Shown: positions 17,917-26,518 of the stretch, in pieces
Numbering within the stretch: position 1 is the stretch's first letter
Layout of the letters: each line of letters begins with the position of its first letter
Assembly (NCBI GenBank): GCA_050331175.1
Contig: JBHJHC010000021.1
Location: 7,206-71,205, forward strand
Direction: 5' to 3'
DNA from: Rubrobacteraceae bacterium
GTDB lineage: Bacteria; Actinomycetota; Rubrobacteria; Rubrobacterales; Rubrobacteraceae
Length of the DNA: 64,000 nt
The notes under the pieces: model-generated
Told to the model about the DNA's origin: nothing
What the model saw: only the letters and a program-made list of their open reading frames with translations
Database searches by the model: none
Made by a program: the position numbers and the translations under genes

Positions 17917-18894
17917 CTAGCTTCCGTAGCCGAGAGGATGCTGCTGCTTCCACTCCCAGGCGTCAGAGATCATAGTTGCCAGACCGGGTTTCTCCGGCTC
18001 CCAACCGAGCTCCCGCCGGATCTTCTCGCTGGAAGCCACGAGCACGGGCGGATCCCCGGCTCGCCGGGGGGCCTCGACCGCCTCTATGTCCGCGCCCGTG
18101 ACTTCGCGGGCGGCCTCTATGACCTGCCGGACGGAGAAACCCTCACCGTTGCCGAGGTTGTAGATCCTGTGCTCTCCTTTATCCGCGGCGTCGAGCGCCA
18201 GCAGGTGCGCCCGTCCCAGGTCCTCGACGTGGATGTAGTCCCGGATGGCGCTGCCATCCCGGGTGTCGTAGTCGGTGCCGTAGATGTCTACGTGGTCCCA
18301 CTCGCCGGATGCAGCCCGGAGAACGAGCGGTATGAGGTGGGTCTCCGGTTCGTGGTCCTCCCCGAACCCATCTCTCGCCCCCGCAACGTTAAAGTATCGG
18401 AGGCTCGTAGCCGCCAGCCCCCGGGCCTCGGCGACCGCCCCGATCATGCGGTCCACCGCCAGCTTCGATCCGCCGTAAGGATTGGTCGGGAGAGTGGCGT
18501 CCGTTTCTGTTATCGGGACCTCTTCCGGCTCGCCGTAGACGGCGGCGGTCGAGGAAAACACGAGCCGGGAGGCGCCGTGATCTACCATCGACTCCAGCAG
18601 GTTCAGCGTTCCACAGACGTTGTTGCGGTAGTAGTTCTCCGGCTCTTCGACCGACTCGCCCACGAGCGAGAGGGCCGCGAAGTGTAGCACGCCGTCGAAA
18701 CCTTCGGACAGCGCCGCGCTTATCTGCTCCCGGTCCAGCAAGTCGCCCCTGACGAACCCGGCGCCGTCCGGCACGGCCTGCTCGTGCCCCTTCGAAAGGT
18801 CGTCGAAGACCACCACTTCGTGTTCCTCTTCCAGAAGCTGCGAGGTTACGACGCTCCCGATGTAACCCGCGCCGCCCGTTACCAGGAGCTTCAA
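17917..18894 (-). CDS. galE: UDP-glucose 4-epimerase
   Basis: MKLLVTGGAGYIGS Rossmann motif, the YGGSK catalytic motif, and full-length similarity to GalE. Confidence 0.9.
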   Translation of the reverse strand: MKLLVTGGAGYIGSVVTSQLLEEEHEVVVFDDLSKGHEQAVPDGAGFVRGDLLDREQISAALSEGFDGVLHFAALSLVGESVEEPENYYRNNVCGTLNLLESMVDHGASRLVFSSTAAVYGEPEEVPITETDATLPTNPYGGSKLAVDRMIGAVAEARGLAATSLRYFNVAGARDGFGEDHEPETHLIPLVLRAASGEWDHVDIYGTDYDTRDGSAIRDYIHVEDLGRAHLLALDAADKGEHRIYNLGNGEGFSVRQVIEAAREVTGADIEAVEAPRRAGDPPVLVASSEKIRRELGWEPEKPGLATMISDAWEWKQQHPLGYGS

Positions 18895-19880
18895 GACGCG
18901 GCCCCCTCGATCTTCTCCCGCAGTTCGGCCGCGGTGTCCTCAGGTTTTACATCCATCACGAACACCCCGGCCCCCGTTTCGCTGCCAGCCAGGTACTTCA
19001 GCTTTTCCGACGTCCGGTTCGGCGGGTAGAACTCTACGTGGAAGTGCGCTACCCCTTCGTAACTTCCCCCATCCGTCGGCGCCTGGTGCATGGCCATCAT
19101 GTACGGCAGCGAAAAGCCAAACAGCTCGTCGTAGCCGCTGAGCAGCCCCTTCAGAACGCCCGCCAGGTCCCACCGCTCTTCCTCACTCAACTCCGCTATG
19201 GACGGTACACACCTGTGGGCGTAGAGATGCGCCTCGTATGGAAAGCGGGCGTAGAACGGGATGAACGCGCTGAAGTGTTGCCCCTCGATCAAGACCCTCC
19301 GGCCGTCCTCGTGCTCCTCTGAGAGCAACTCACAGTGGAGGCAGCTTCCTTTCTCGCGGTGGTGCTCGCCGGCAGCTTCGAGCTCCCTGGCCGGGCGGGG
19401 CGGAACGAACGGGTAGGCGTAGATCTGTCCGTGGGGGTGGCTGAGCGTTACGCCGATGACCTCACCCTTGTTCTCGAAGATGAAGACGTAGTCGACGAAC
19501 TCCCGGGACCCGAGGTCGAGGTAGCGGTCGGCCCACACGTCAACGAGGTTCTTTATGTGCCTTTTGTCCATCTCGGCCAGGGTGGCGTAGTGGTCGTCGG
19601 TGTACAAGACTACCTCGCACACACCCTGCCCCGGCGCGGTTGGAGTAAGGCCGTTTCCGGCCTCTTGGGGATCTTCTGGTTTGGGGACGAACGAGGGGAA
19701 CTTGTTCTCGAAGACTACGATCTGGTAGGAGGGTTTGGGGACCTCGGTAGGGAAATCGTCTTCGTTTTTCGTGGGACAAAGGGGACAGTACTCGGGAGGC
19801 GGATGGAAGGTTCGGTCCTGGCGGTGGGTGGCGTAGGAGATCCACTCTTTCGCTGTGGGGTTCCAGCGAAGTTCGTTCAC
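18891..19880 (-). CDS. galT: Galactose-1-phosphate uridylyltransferase (HIT-type)
   Basis: Contains the Zn-site CPLCP and the active site HPHGQIYAY. The stop overlaps the galE start by 4 nt. Confidence 0.9.
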   Translation of the reverse strand: MNELRWNPTAKEWISYATHRQDRTFHPPPEYCPLCPTKNEDDFPTEVPKPSYQIVVFENKFPSFVPKPEDPQEAGNGLTPTAPGQGVCEVVLYTDDHYATLAEMDKRHIKNLVDVWADRYLDLGSREFVDYVFIFENKGEVIGVTLSHPHGQIYAYPFVPPRPARELEAAGEHHREKGSCLHCELLSEEHEDGRRVLIEGQHFSAFIPFYARFPYEAHLYAHRCVPSIAELSEEERWDLAGVLKGLLSGYDELFGFSLPYMMAMHQAPTDGGSYEGVAHFHVEFYPPNRTSEKLKYLAGSETGAGVFVMDVKPEDTAAELREKIEGAAS

Positions 19881-19988
19881 TGTTCCTCTTTCTGCTCAGC
19901 CGGCTCGTCGTCGAAAGTGTAGAAGATGATGTAGCGTCCGTCCTCTTTCGTCTGGCATTCTTTCTGCAAGCCACTCCTCTCAGGTAAA

Positions 19989-20014
19989 GCGCCCGCCCCC
20001 GCGCGGACGGGCGC
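19989..20014 (-). terminator. Candidate GC-rich hairpin terminator after the symporter gene
   Basis: On the minus strand, GCGCCCGTCCGCGCGGGGGCGGGCGC is followed by TTTAC. The U-tract is short, so this is weak. Confidence 0.35.
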
Positions 20015-20023
20015 CCAGACAGT

Positions 20024-21619
20024 TTAGAAGTAGTAGATCACGATTGCGGCCGTCACGACAAGTAGCGCTACAGACCAGTAGCGGTAGTTCCAGTACCAGG
20101 GCTTTCCGCGAAGCTCCCGGGAGTCTTCCCGCAGCAACTCTACCGACCAGGTGTACCTTTCCATCTGCTCTCTCGACGGAGCCGCGGTAGCCAGGCTCGC
20201 CACAACTAGGACGGCGACGTTGAAGATGGTGAGCGCGGTGGCCGCGTACAGGAACTGTATCTCGAAGAGCTGTAGCGACGGTACCTGGGTCAGGAAGAAC
20301 CCGACTATTCCGATGGGCAGGCCTATGATCAGGGTGATAAAGGCTCCTGCGGGACTGGAGCGTTTCCAGAATAGACCGACCAGCGAGATAGCCAGGGCCG
20401 GTGGAACGGTAAACGAGACGATGGCCTGCAGGTAGGTCCACAGGGTCTCGAAGCGTGAGATCTGGGGTGCCCAAACCATCGCCACCACCAACAAGACCAC
20501 CGTCGCTATGCGACCCGCCACTACCAGCGTCCGTTGCTCGGCATCAGGATTAATGGTGCTCACGAAATCCATCGTAATGATCGTCGAAGCCGAGTTGAGG
20601 ATCGAGTCCACGGACGACATGATGGCCGCCACTAATGCGGCCAGCACCAGACCCCGGAATCCTATCGGCAACAGGTCGAAGGCGAGCGTCGGCCACACCG
20701 CGTCCGGGTTTTCAAGGTCGGGATACAGAACGTTCGCCGCGACCGCGGGCAGGATGATGATGAATAGCAGAGACAGCTTGAGCGCACCCCCGGCCAGAGA
20801 TCCCATGCGACCGTGATCCAGGTTCTTCGAACCTAGCGTACGCTGCACGACGTACTGGTTTATGCAGAAGTACCAGATAGAGAGCAACATCACCCCCGTT
20901 ATGAGCCCCGGCCAGGGGATGACGGGGTCAGACGCAGGTTGTATGAGGCTGAACGCCCTGTCGGGCGCCGCCGCCTCGACCTGCTCCCAGGAGTCTATCC
21001 TCCCGAACACGAAGAACGTGATTATGGTGGAGCCTATGATGAGAACCACGGCCTGGATGGCGTCGGTGATCACCACAGCGGCGAGACCTCCCAGAACCGT
21101 ATATACACCCGCTACTATCGCCAGCACCGCGATAGCCTGCCACAGTTGCACGCTAGGATAGAGTACCTGGATTACCAGGGAACCAGCGTAAAGCGCGGCT
21201 GCCAGGTCGATAAATACGTTGGCGAAAATCAAGAACACCGAGAAAACGTATCGGGAACGGCGATCATACCGCCGCTCAAGATACTCCGGCGTCGTATACA
21301 CGCCAGAACGTAGATAGAACGGCAGGAAAAACACGAGAAAGAACATCAAGGCTATCGCGCCGGTCCACTCGTAGTTGTAGCCCTGCGCGATGCCCGTGTC
21401 ATAGCCCGCACCCGACAACCCGACGATCGAAGCGCCAGACTGATTGGAGGCGAAGAGCGAAAGTCCCACCAGAGGCCAGATGAAGTTGCGCCCGCCGAGG
21501 AAGTACCCTTCCGCGGTGTCGTTGCCCTTCGAACCGAGCCATATACCGATCGCTATGGTAATGGCCAGGTACGCGATTACGATGAATATGTCTATAAAGG
21601 TTATCTGAAAATCAGGCAC
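20024..21619 (-). CDS. Sodium:solute symporter (SSS/SGLT family), copy 1
   Basis: Polytopic membrane protein and a paralogue of 36662-38245. I chose the GTG at 21619 (GGAGGG 7 nt upstream) because the paralogue also starts V-P-D. The ORF track start is the TTG at 21649. Confidence 0.85.
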   Translation of the reverse strand: MPDFQITFIDIFIVIAYLAITIAIGIWLGSKGNDTAEGYFLGGRNFIWPLVGLSLFASNQSGASIVGLSGAGYDTGIAQGYNYEWTGAIALMFFLVFFLPFYLRSGVYTTPEYLERRYDRRSRYVFSVFLIFANVFIDLAAALYAGSLVIQVLYPSVQLWQAIAVLAIVAGVYTVLGGLAAVVITDAIQAVVLIIGSTIITFFVFGRIDSWEQVEAAAPDRAFSLIQPASDPVIPWPGLITGVMLLSIWYFCINQYVVQRTLGSKNLDHGRMGSLAGGALKLSLLFIIILPAVAANVLYPDLENPDAVWPTLAFDLLPIGFRGLVLAALVAAIMSSVDSILNSASTIITMDFVSTINPDAEQRTLVVAGRIATVVLLVVAMVWAPQISRFETLWTYLQAIVSFTVPPALAISLVGLFWKRSSPAGAFITLIIGLPIGIVGFFLTQVPSLQLFEIQFLYAATALTIFNVAVLVVASLATAAPSREQMERYTWSVELLREDSRELRGKPWYWNYRYWSVALLVVTAAIVIYYF

Positions 21620-21680
21620 GGCTTTGCCCTCCTGCCCGAGGGACAACAACCTCCGGAACAGTCGTTACTCCAAGCTTCAC
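21612..21680 (-). other. Candidate 22-codon upstream ORF ending inside the symporter start region
   Basis: AAAGGAGGG-5 nt-GTG AAG CTT ... CGT GCC TGA. The TGA overlaps codons 2-3 of the symporter. Expression is untested. Confidence 0.25.
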
Positions 21681-21743
21681 GATCGCCCTCCTTTCTCGGC
21701 GGCCTTCACCCCTGAAAGCCTGCTACATGTTGCAAGTTGAACA

Positions 21744-21772
21744 ATACTAACAATGATTCAAACTTAAATCAA
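21744..21772 (-). promoter_or_regulatory. Candidate sigma-70-type promoter TTGATT-17-TAGTAT in an AT-rich island
   Basis: Minus-strand hexamers at 21772-21767 and 21749-21744 with a 17-nt spacer. It sits immediately after the GH42 stop and about 125 nt upstream of the symporter start. Confidence 0.4.
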
Positions 21773-23832
21773 CAGATTTTATTGTTGTATTGTGGATTTT
21801 TAGGTGATACTGGTTTATCTTCGGGGATCGTTTCTTCGAGGACCGCTACGCCCCGTGGCTCGAGGGTTAGCCGCCCGGCGTGCGAATCACCGGTCAGCAG
21901 GTCTTTAGAGGCGACATCCAGGGGCAGCTGGACCTCTTCGTGGTTGTGGTTGAGCAGGAAGAGGAAGGATCTCCCGCCGGCTTTGCGTCGCACGGCCTCT
22001 ATACCAGGGGGTGTTTTTGGCGGGGTTCTCACGCCGGCTGCGTCGCACGCCTCCGAGACGAGTTGAGCCGTGTACGCCTCTTCCGGGCGGGTTCCGAGAT
22101 AGTAAGCGTAGCCCGCGCCGAACTCGTGGCGGGTTGCGGCTGGTATTCCGGCGCGAAAGTCGTTCTCGTAAGTGGCGAGAGGCTCGGCGCCTTCGAGGTG
22201 GATCAAATCCCCCCACAGGCTGCAGTCGTAAACGCCACCCTCGTTGGTGACCACCCGGTTTGCCTCACCGGCGGCGAGGGGTGAAAAATCTTCTACGCGA
22301 AGTCCCAACATCTCTCGAAACGGCGCCGGGTAGCCACCGAGCCGTACGTGATCTCTCTCGTCCACGATGCCGGAGAAGAAAGACATGAGTAAGTATCCTC
22401 CCTCAGATACGAACCTCCTCAGGTTCTCCGCGACCGCGTCCGAAACGAGGTAGAGGTGCGGCGCGAGGACGAGCTTGTATTTTGAAAGCTCCGAGCCCGG
22501 ATGCGCGAAGTCCACCGGCACGTTCGATTCGAAGAGCGGCTTGTAAAAAGAGTAGAGGCCGTCGAGCATCCTCACGGCGGCGGAGGGTTTGGAGTCGAGC
22601 TCCAGCGCCCACCAGTTCTCCCAGTCGAGCAGTATGGCGACCTCGGCTTCTCCGCCGGCGCCGGGTAGCGCGTCCAACCGGGCCAACTCCGCGCCGAGCC
22701 GTTTCACCTCTTGCCAGCTCCGGGACTGTTCCGGTTCTCCGTGGGGAACCATCGCGCTGTGGAACTTCTCCGCCCCGGCCTTTGAGGCGCGCCACTGGAA
22801 GAACATGATGCCGTCGGCGCCCCGGGCCACCGCCTGGTGGCTCCAGAGCCGCATCTGGCCGGGTTTCTTGGGCGCGTTGCGCTCGCGCCAGTTTACCCGG
22901 ACGGTGGTCTGCTCCATAAGCACCCAGGGCTTTCCTCCCCCGAGGGACCGCATCAAATCCCGGTTCATGGCGGCCCCGATGTGCGCCTCCGGATCCGAGG
23001 GGTCCGGGTAAGAGTCGTCTGATACGACGTCCTCGTGGGCGGCCCACCTCCAGTAATCCAGCGGCTTGAAAAACCCCATGAAGTTCGTCGTAATCGGGAC
23101 TTCCGGCGTCGCCTCGCGCAGGATTCCCTTCTCCATCAGAAAGCACTCCAACAGGGCGTCGGACGAGAAGCGGCGGAAATCCAGCTGCTGGGTCGGGTTG
23201 GCGAAGGTCGGGGCCGGGCGAGGGGGAAAGACCTCCGCCCACTCGGAATACTGCTGGCTCCAGAAAGCCGTGCCCCAGGCCTCGTTGAGCCCAGCGAGGT
23301 CCCCGTAGCGGTCCTTCAGCCACCCACGAAAGTGGGCTGCCGATGCGTCGCAGTAGCACTCGGAGACGTGGCAGCCGTACTCGTTGTTTACGTGCCACAT
23401 GGCGAGCGCCGGGTGCTCGCCGTAGCGGCCTGCAATGCGCCGAACCAGCTCCGCCGCCCGGTCCCGGTAGCCCGCGCTGCTCGGGCAGTAGTGTTGGCGG
23501 GCGCCGGGGTACAGGGTTACGCCCTCCCGCGTAACCGGCAGGCTTTCGGGATGGATGCGGGCGAGCCAGGGCGGCGGAGAAGCGGTGGCGGTCGCCAGAT
23601 CCACCATCACACCGTTCCCGTAGAGCAGGTCTATGATCCGGTCGAGCCAGCCGAAGTCGTACTCACCGGGCCGGGGCTCCAGCTTCGCCCACGAGAAGAT
23701 CCCCAAAGACACCAGGTTCACCCCGGCATCTCGCATGAGCCGCACGTCCTCCCGCCAGACCTCCTCCGGCCATTGCTCGGGGTTGTAATCCCCCCCGTAA
23801 AGAACGTGCGGAACCTTTTCGAGAAGCCTCAT
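21769..23832 (-). CDS. Beta-galactosidase, GH42
   Basis: 687 aa. The N-terminus YGGDYNPEQWPEEVWREDVRLMRDAGVNLVSLGIFSWAKLEP and the block HVNNEYG are typical GH42 sequences. Confidence 0.9.
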   Translation of the reverse strand: MRLLEKVPHVLYGGDYNPEQWPEEVWREDVRLMRDAGVNLVSLGIFSWAKLEPRPGEYDFGWLDRIIDLLYGNGVMVDLATATASPPPWLARIHPESLPVTREGVTLYPGARQHYCPSSAGYRDRAAELVRRIAGRYGEHPALAMWHVNNEYGCHVSECYCDASAAHFRGWLKDRYGDLAGLNEAWGTAFWSQQYSEWAEVFPPRPAPTFANPTQQLDFRRFSSDALLECFLMEKGILREATPEVPITTNFMGFFKPLDYWRWAAHEDVVSDDSYPDPSDPEAHIGAAMNRDLMRSLGGGKPWVLMEQTTVRVNWRERNAPKKPGQMRLWSHQAVARGADGIMFFQWRASKAGAEKFHSAMVPHGEPEQSRSWQEVKRLGAELARLDALPGAGGEAEVAILLDWENWWALELDSKPSAAVRMLDGLYSFYKPLFESNVPVDFAHPGSELSKYKLVLAPHLYLVSDAVAENLRRFVSEGGYLLMSFFSGIVDERDHVRLGGYPAPFREMLGLRVEDFSPLAAGEANRVVTNEGGVYDCSLWGDLIHLEGAEPLATYENDFRAGIPAATRHEFGAGYAYYLGTRPEEAYTAQLVSEACDAAGVRTPPKTPPGIEAVRRKAGGRSFLFLLNHNHEEVQLPLDVASKDLLTGDSHAGRLTLEPRGVAVLEETIPEDKPVSPKNPQYNNKIC

Positions 23833-23955
23833 ATACCTCTACCCCCTCGTCTTGTACCAGAGCGCGAACTCACCCCACCGGAGGTTAGCAAACCCTCAAA
23901 CACCAGGCAACAGCTATTTTGTTTATTTTAGTTGGACCGCGCCGTATGGTAACTT

Positions 23956-24750
23956 ATGGCCGTGGCCGAGAAGCAAAAAATGTTTGCCGAGGAGCGGCGG
24001 CGGCTCATCCTCAACGAGGTGAACCGGTTGGGAAGCGTAACGGTAACCGAGCTCGTGGACCGGCTCGGGGTTTCGGACATGACGGTTCGGCGGGATCTGG
24101 AGGTGCTCTCCGCCCACAAGCTGCTGCAGAAGGTTCATGGCGGGGCGGTGCCGTTGCCCAAGACGGCTGCGGAGCCGCACTTCACCCAGAAACAGCGGCT
24201 GAACCGGGAAGAGAAGAAAGCCATATCGCGGGTAGCATTGCCGCTGGTCGAGGACGGCCACACCATCGCCCTCTCCGCCGGCACCACCACCTGGAACGTG
24301 GCGAACGGCCTGCACCAGGGAAGAGAAGACCTTACCTTTATCACCAATTCCACCAACATCGCGCTAACGCTGCAGGAGAGGGGGTGGGAGCAGATCGTGC
24401 TCTCCGGCGGGATCTTCCGCACGCCGTCCGACGCCCTCGTGGGTCCCTTCGCCGAGCGCACCCTGAAGACGCTCAACGCCGACGTGTTGTTTCTTGGGGT
24501 TCACGGGGTTCATCCGACCGCCGGGCTGACCACGCCGAACGTGGCCGAGGCCGAGACGAACCGCTGCCTGGTAGAAGCGGCGCAGAAGATCGTGGTGGTC
24601 GCGGACCATACCAAGCTCGGCGTGATCGCCCTGGCGAAGATAGTCCCGATCTCCAGGATAGACGTCTTCGTCACCGACGACAAAGCGAACCCGGAATTGC
24701 TCCAGGAGATAACGCTCTCCGGCGTCCAGGTGATAGTCGCCGAAACCTAG
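23956..24750 (+). CDS. DeoR-family transcriptional regulator
   Basis: Contains the HTH ERRRLILNEVNRLGSVTVTELVDRLGVSDMTVRRDLEVL and a DeoR C-terminal sugar-phosphate sensor domain. It is divergent from the GH42 gene. Confidence 0.85.
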   Translation: MAVAEKQKMFAEERRRLILNEVNRLGSVTVTELVDRLGVSDMTVRRDLEVLSAHKLLQKVHGGAVPLPKTAAEPHFTQKQRLNREEKKAISRVALPLVEDGHTIALSAGTTTWNVANGLHQGREDLTFITNSTNIALTLQERGWEQIVLSGGIFRTPSDALVGPFAERTLKTLNADVLFLGVHGVHPTAGLTTPNVAEAETNRCLVEAAQKIVVVADHTKLGVIALAKIVPISRIDVFVTDDKANPELLQEITLSGVQVIVAET

Positions 24751-24770
24751 CGGTTGCGCTAGCGGTTGCG
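24747..24770. repeat. Perfect 12-bp tandem duplication (CTAGCGGTTGCG x2) spanning the DeoR stop codon
   Basis: Read directly from the sequence. It creates a second in-frame TAG 12 nt downstream. Confidence 0.9.
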
Positions 24771-24836
24771 CCGGACCCGGCTGCCGAAGGATAATTCACC
24801 CGTAACGCCCACAGATATTCGAGGAGGGGAAGCCAC

Positions 24837-25514
24837 ATGCCGCGAGTGTGTGTATTCGACGTAAACGAGACGCTGCTGGACCTGAAGGCCCTGGACCCGC
24901 ACTTCGAACGCGTCTTCGGAGATGGTGCTGTGCGGCAAGAATGGTTCGCGCAGATGATACAGTCGGCCCTCGTCTCGACGGTTACCGGAGCATACTCGGA
25001 CTTCGGCTCCATAGGCGGCGCGGCGCTCCAGATGACCGCGGAGCGTCACGGGATACGGATTTCAGACGACGACCGCGACAGCATTTTGACCACCGTTCCG
25101 CAACTCCCGCCCCACCCGGAAGTGCGGGAGGCCCTGGACCGGCTCCGCCACGCCGGTTTGCGGCTAGCCACCCTTACCAACTCGACGCAGCAGGTGGCGG
25201 ACAGCCAGATGGAGAACTCGGGGCTCGGCGGGTACTTCGAGCAAAAGATGTCGGCGGACACGGTACAGCGGCTGAAGCCTGCCCCCGAGCCCTACCGGAT
25301 GGCGGCGGAGAAGCTTGGCGTGGAGATCGGGGACGTCCGGCTCGTGGCGGCCCACGCCTGGGACGTGGGGGGCGCTTTGAGGGCCGGTTGCGCGGCCGCT
25401 TTCGTGGGACGTCCGGGGAAAGTGCCGGACCCGCTGGTCGGGACGCCGGATGTAGTGGGAGACGACCTTCTGGAAGTCGCGGACGGTATCATAGCAGCTG
25501 AGCTCCAAAACTAG
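24837..25514 (+). CDS. Haloacid dehalogenase type II (HAD superfamily)
   Basis: Contains the nucleophile motif VFDVNETLLDL, TNS, a conserved Lys region, and AAHAWDVGGA. Confidence 0.75.
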   Translation: MPRVCVFDVNETLLDLKALDPHFERVFGDGAVRQEWFAQMIQSALVSTVTGAYSDFGSIGGAALQMTAERHGIRISDDDRDSILTTVPQLPPHPEVREALDRLRHAGLRLATLTNSTQQVADSQMENSGLGGYFEQKMSADTVQRLKPAPEPYRMAAEKLGVEIGDVRLVAAHAWDVGGALRAGCAAAFVGRPGKVPDPLVGTPDVVGDDLLEVADGIIAAELQN

Positions 25515-25536
25515 ACAGCAGACAGAGGAGGCTGGA

Positions 25537-26283
25537 ATGGCAAGGGTAGTGGAGGGTGCGGAACCTTTTCGCATGGAGGGCGAAGAGGAAGTCGGGGTGC
25601 TGGTGTGTCACGGTTTCGCCGGGACTCCCCAAAGCGTGCGTCCCCTGGGGGAAGGACTGGCGAGGGCCGGGTTCACGGTAGCCGGGCCGAGACTCGCCGG
25701 ACACGGCACCACCGTCAGGGATTTGGCAAAGAGCACCGCGTCGGACTGGATCTCCTCGATCGAGGAGGACATTGACTGGTTGCAAGAGCGGGCGGACGAG
25801 ATCTTCTTCGTCGGTCAATCGGTGGGCGGCACGTTCGCGTTGTACTTCGCCGCCATGCGCCCCGAGCTGCTCCGCGGCATAGTGACCATAAACGCCTGCG
25901 TGTTCCTGGAGGCCCCGGAACTCTCCCGCCTCGTGTTCGACGAGAACGCCCCGGAAACCGCGCCCGGTTTCGGCTCGGACATCAAGGCATCCGGAGCGGA
26001 GGAACTGGCATATCCGGAAATACCCCTACCGGCGGTCAAGGAGCTAATGGCGCTCCTGCGCGTAACCGACGACCTGCTACCCACGATCGAGACCCCGGCC
26101 CTCATGTTTCAATCCGTGGAAGATCACGTCGTACCGCCCGAAAACGGGTCGTACATCCAGAGCCATCTGGCGAGCCGGTATCGGCAGCTCGCCCGGCTCG
26201 AAAACTCTTACCACGTAGCCACCCTGGACAACGACGCGAACTACATCGCGGAGCAGACCATCCGCTTTATCGTGGAGACCTAG
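25537..26283 (+). CDS. Alpha/beta-hydrolase, carboxylesterase/lysophospholipase-like
   Basis: Contains VLVCHGFAGTPQSVRPL, the nucleophile elbow GQSVGG, and a C-terminal SYH region. Confidence 0.75.
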   Translation: MARVVEGAEPFRMEGEEEVGVLVCHGFAGTPQSVRPLGEGLARAGFTVAGPRLAGHGTTVRDLAKSTASDWISSIEEDIDWLQERADEIFFVGQSVGGTFALYFAAMRPELLRGIVTINACVFLEAPELSRLVFDENAPETAPGFGSDIKASGAEELAYPEIPLPAVKELMALLRVTDDLLPTIETPALMFQSVEDHVVPPENGSYIQSHLASRYRQLARLENSYHVATLDNDANYIAEQTIRFIVET

Positions 26284-26302
26284 CGCCCGGGAGCCCGGCG
26301 GC

Positions 26303-26518
26303 CTAACCCTGAATATTGGTCTGGGTCCAGCGGGTGTGTTCGCCCAGGCCCTCGACTTCCGGAAACTCCTCGCCCCGGGCGAGTTGGACCCGGACCGGGG
26401 GCTGCATGGTCCCCCGGTCGCAGATGTAGGTACCGGAGTTCGGCGCTTCGTCTCCCGGTTTGTAGATCATGCCGTAGGGCCGGTAGCGGGCGAGTATCTC
26501 TTCGACGTTTTCGCTCAA
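26303..26518 (-). CDS. Small conserved-looking protein, possibly YjzC-like
   Basis: YKPGDEAPNSGTYICDRG...VQLARGEEFPE...RW resembles the YjzC-like small-protein pattern (from memory). The TTG start overlaps the serA stop (TTGA). An ATG 16 codons downstream is an alternative start. Confidence 0.35.
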   Translation of the reverse strand: MSENVEEILARYRPYGMIYKPGDEAPNSGTYICDRGTMQPPVRVQLARGEEFPEVEGLGEHTRWTQTNIQG

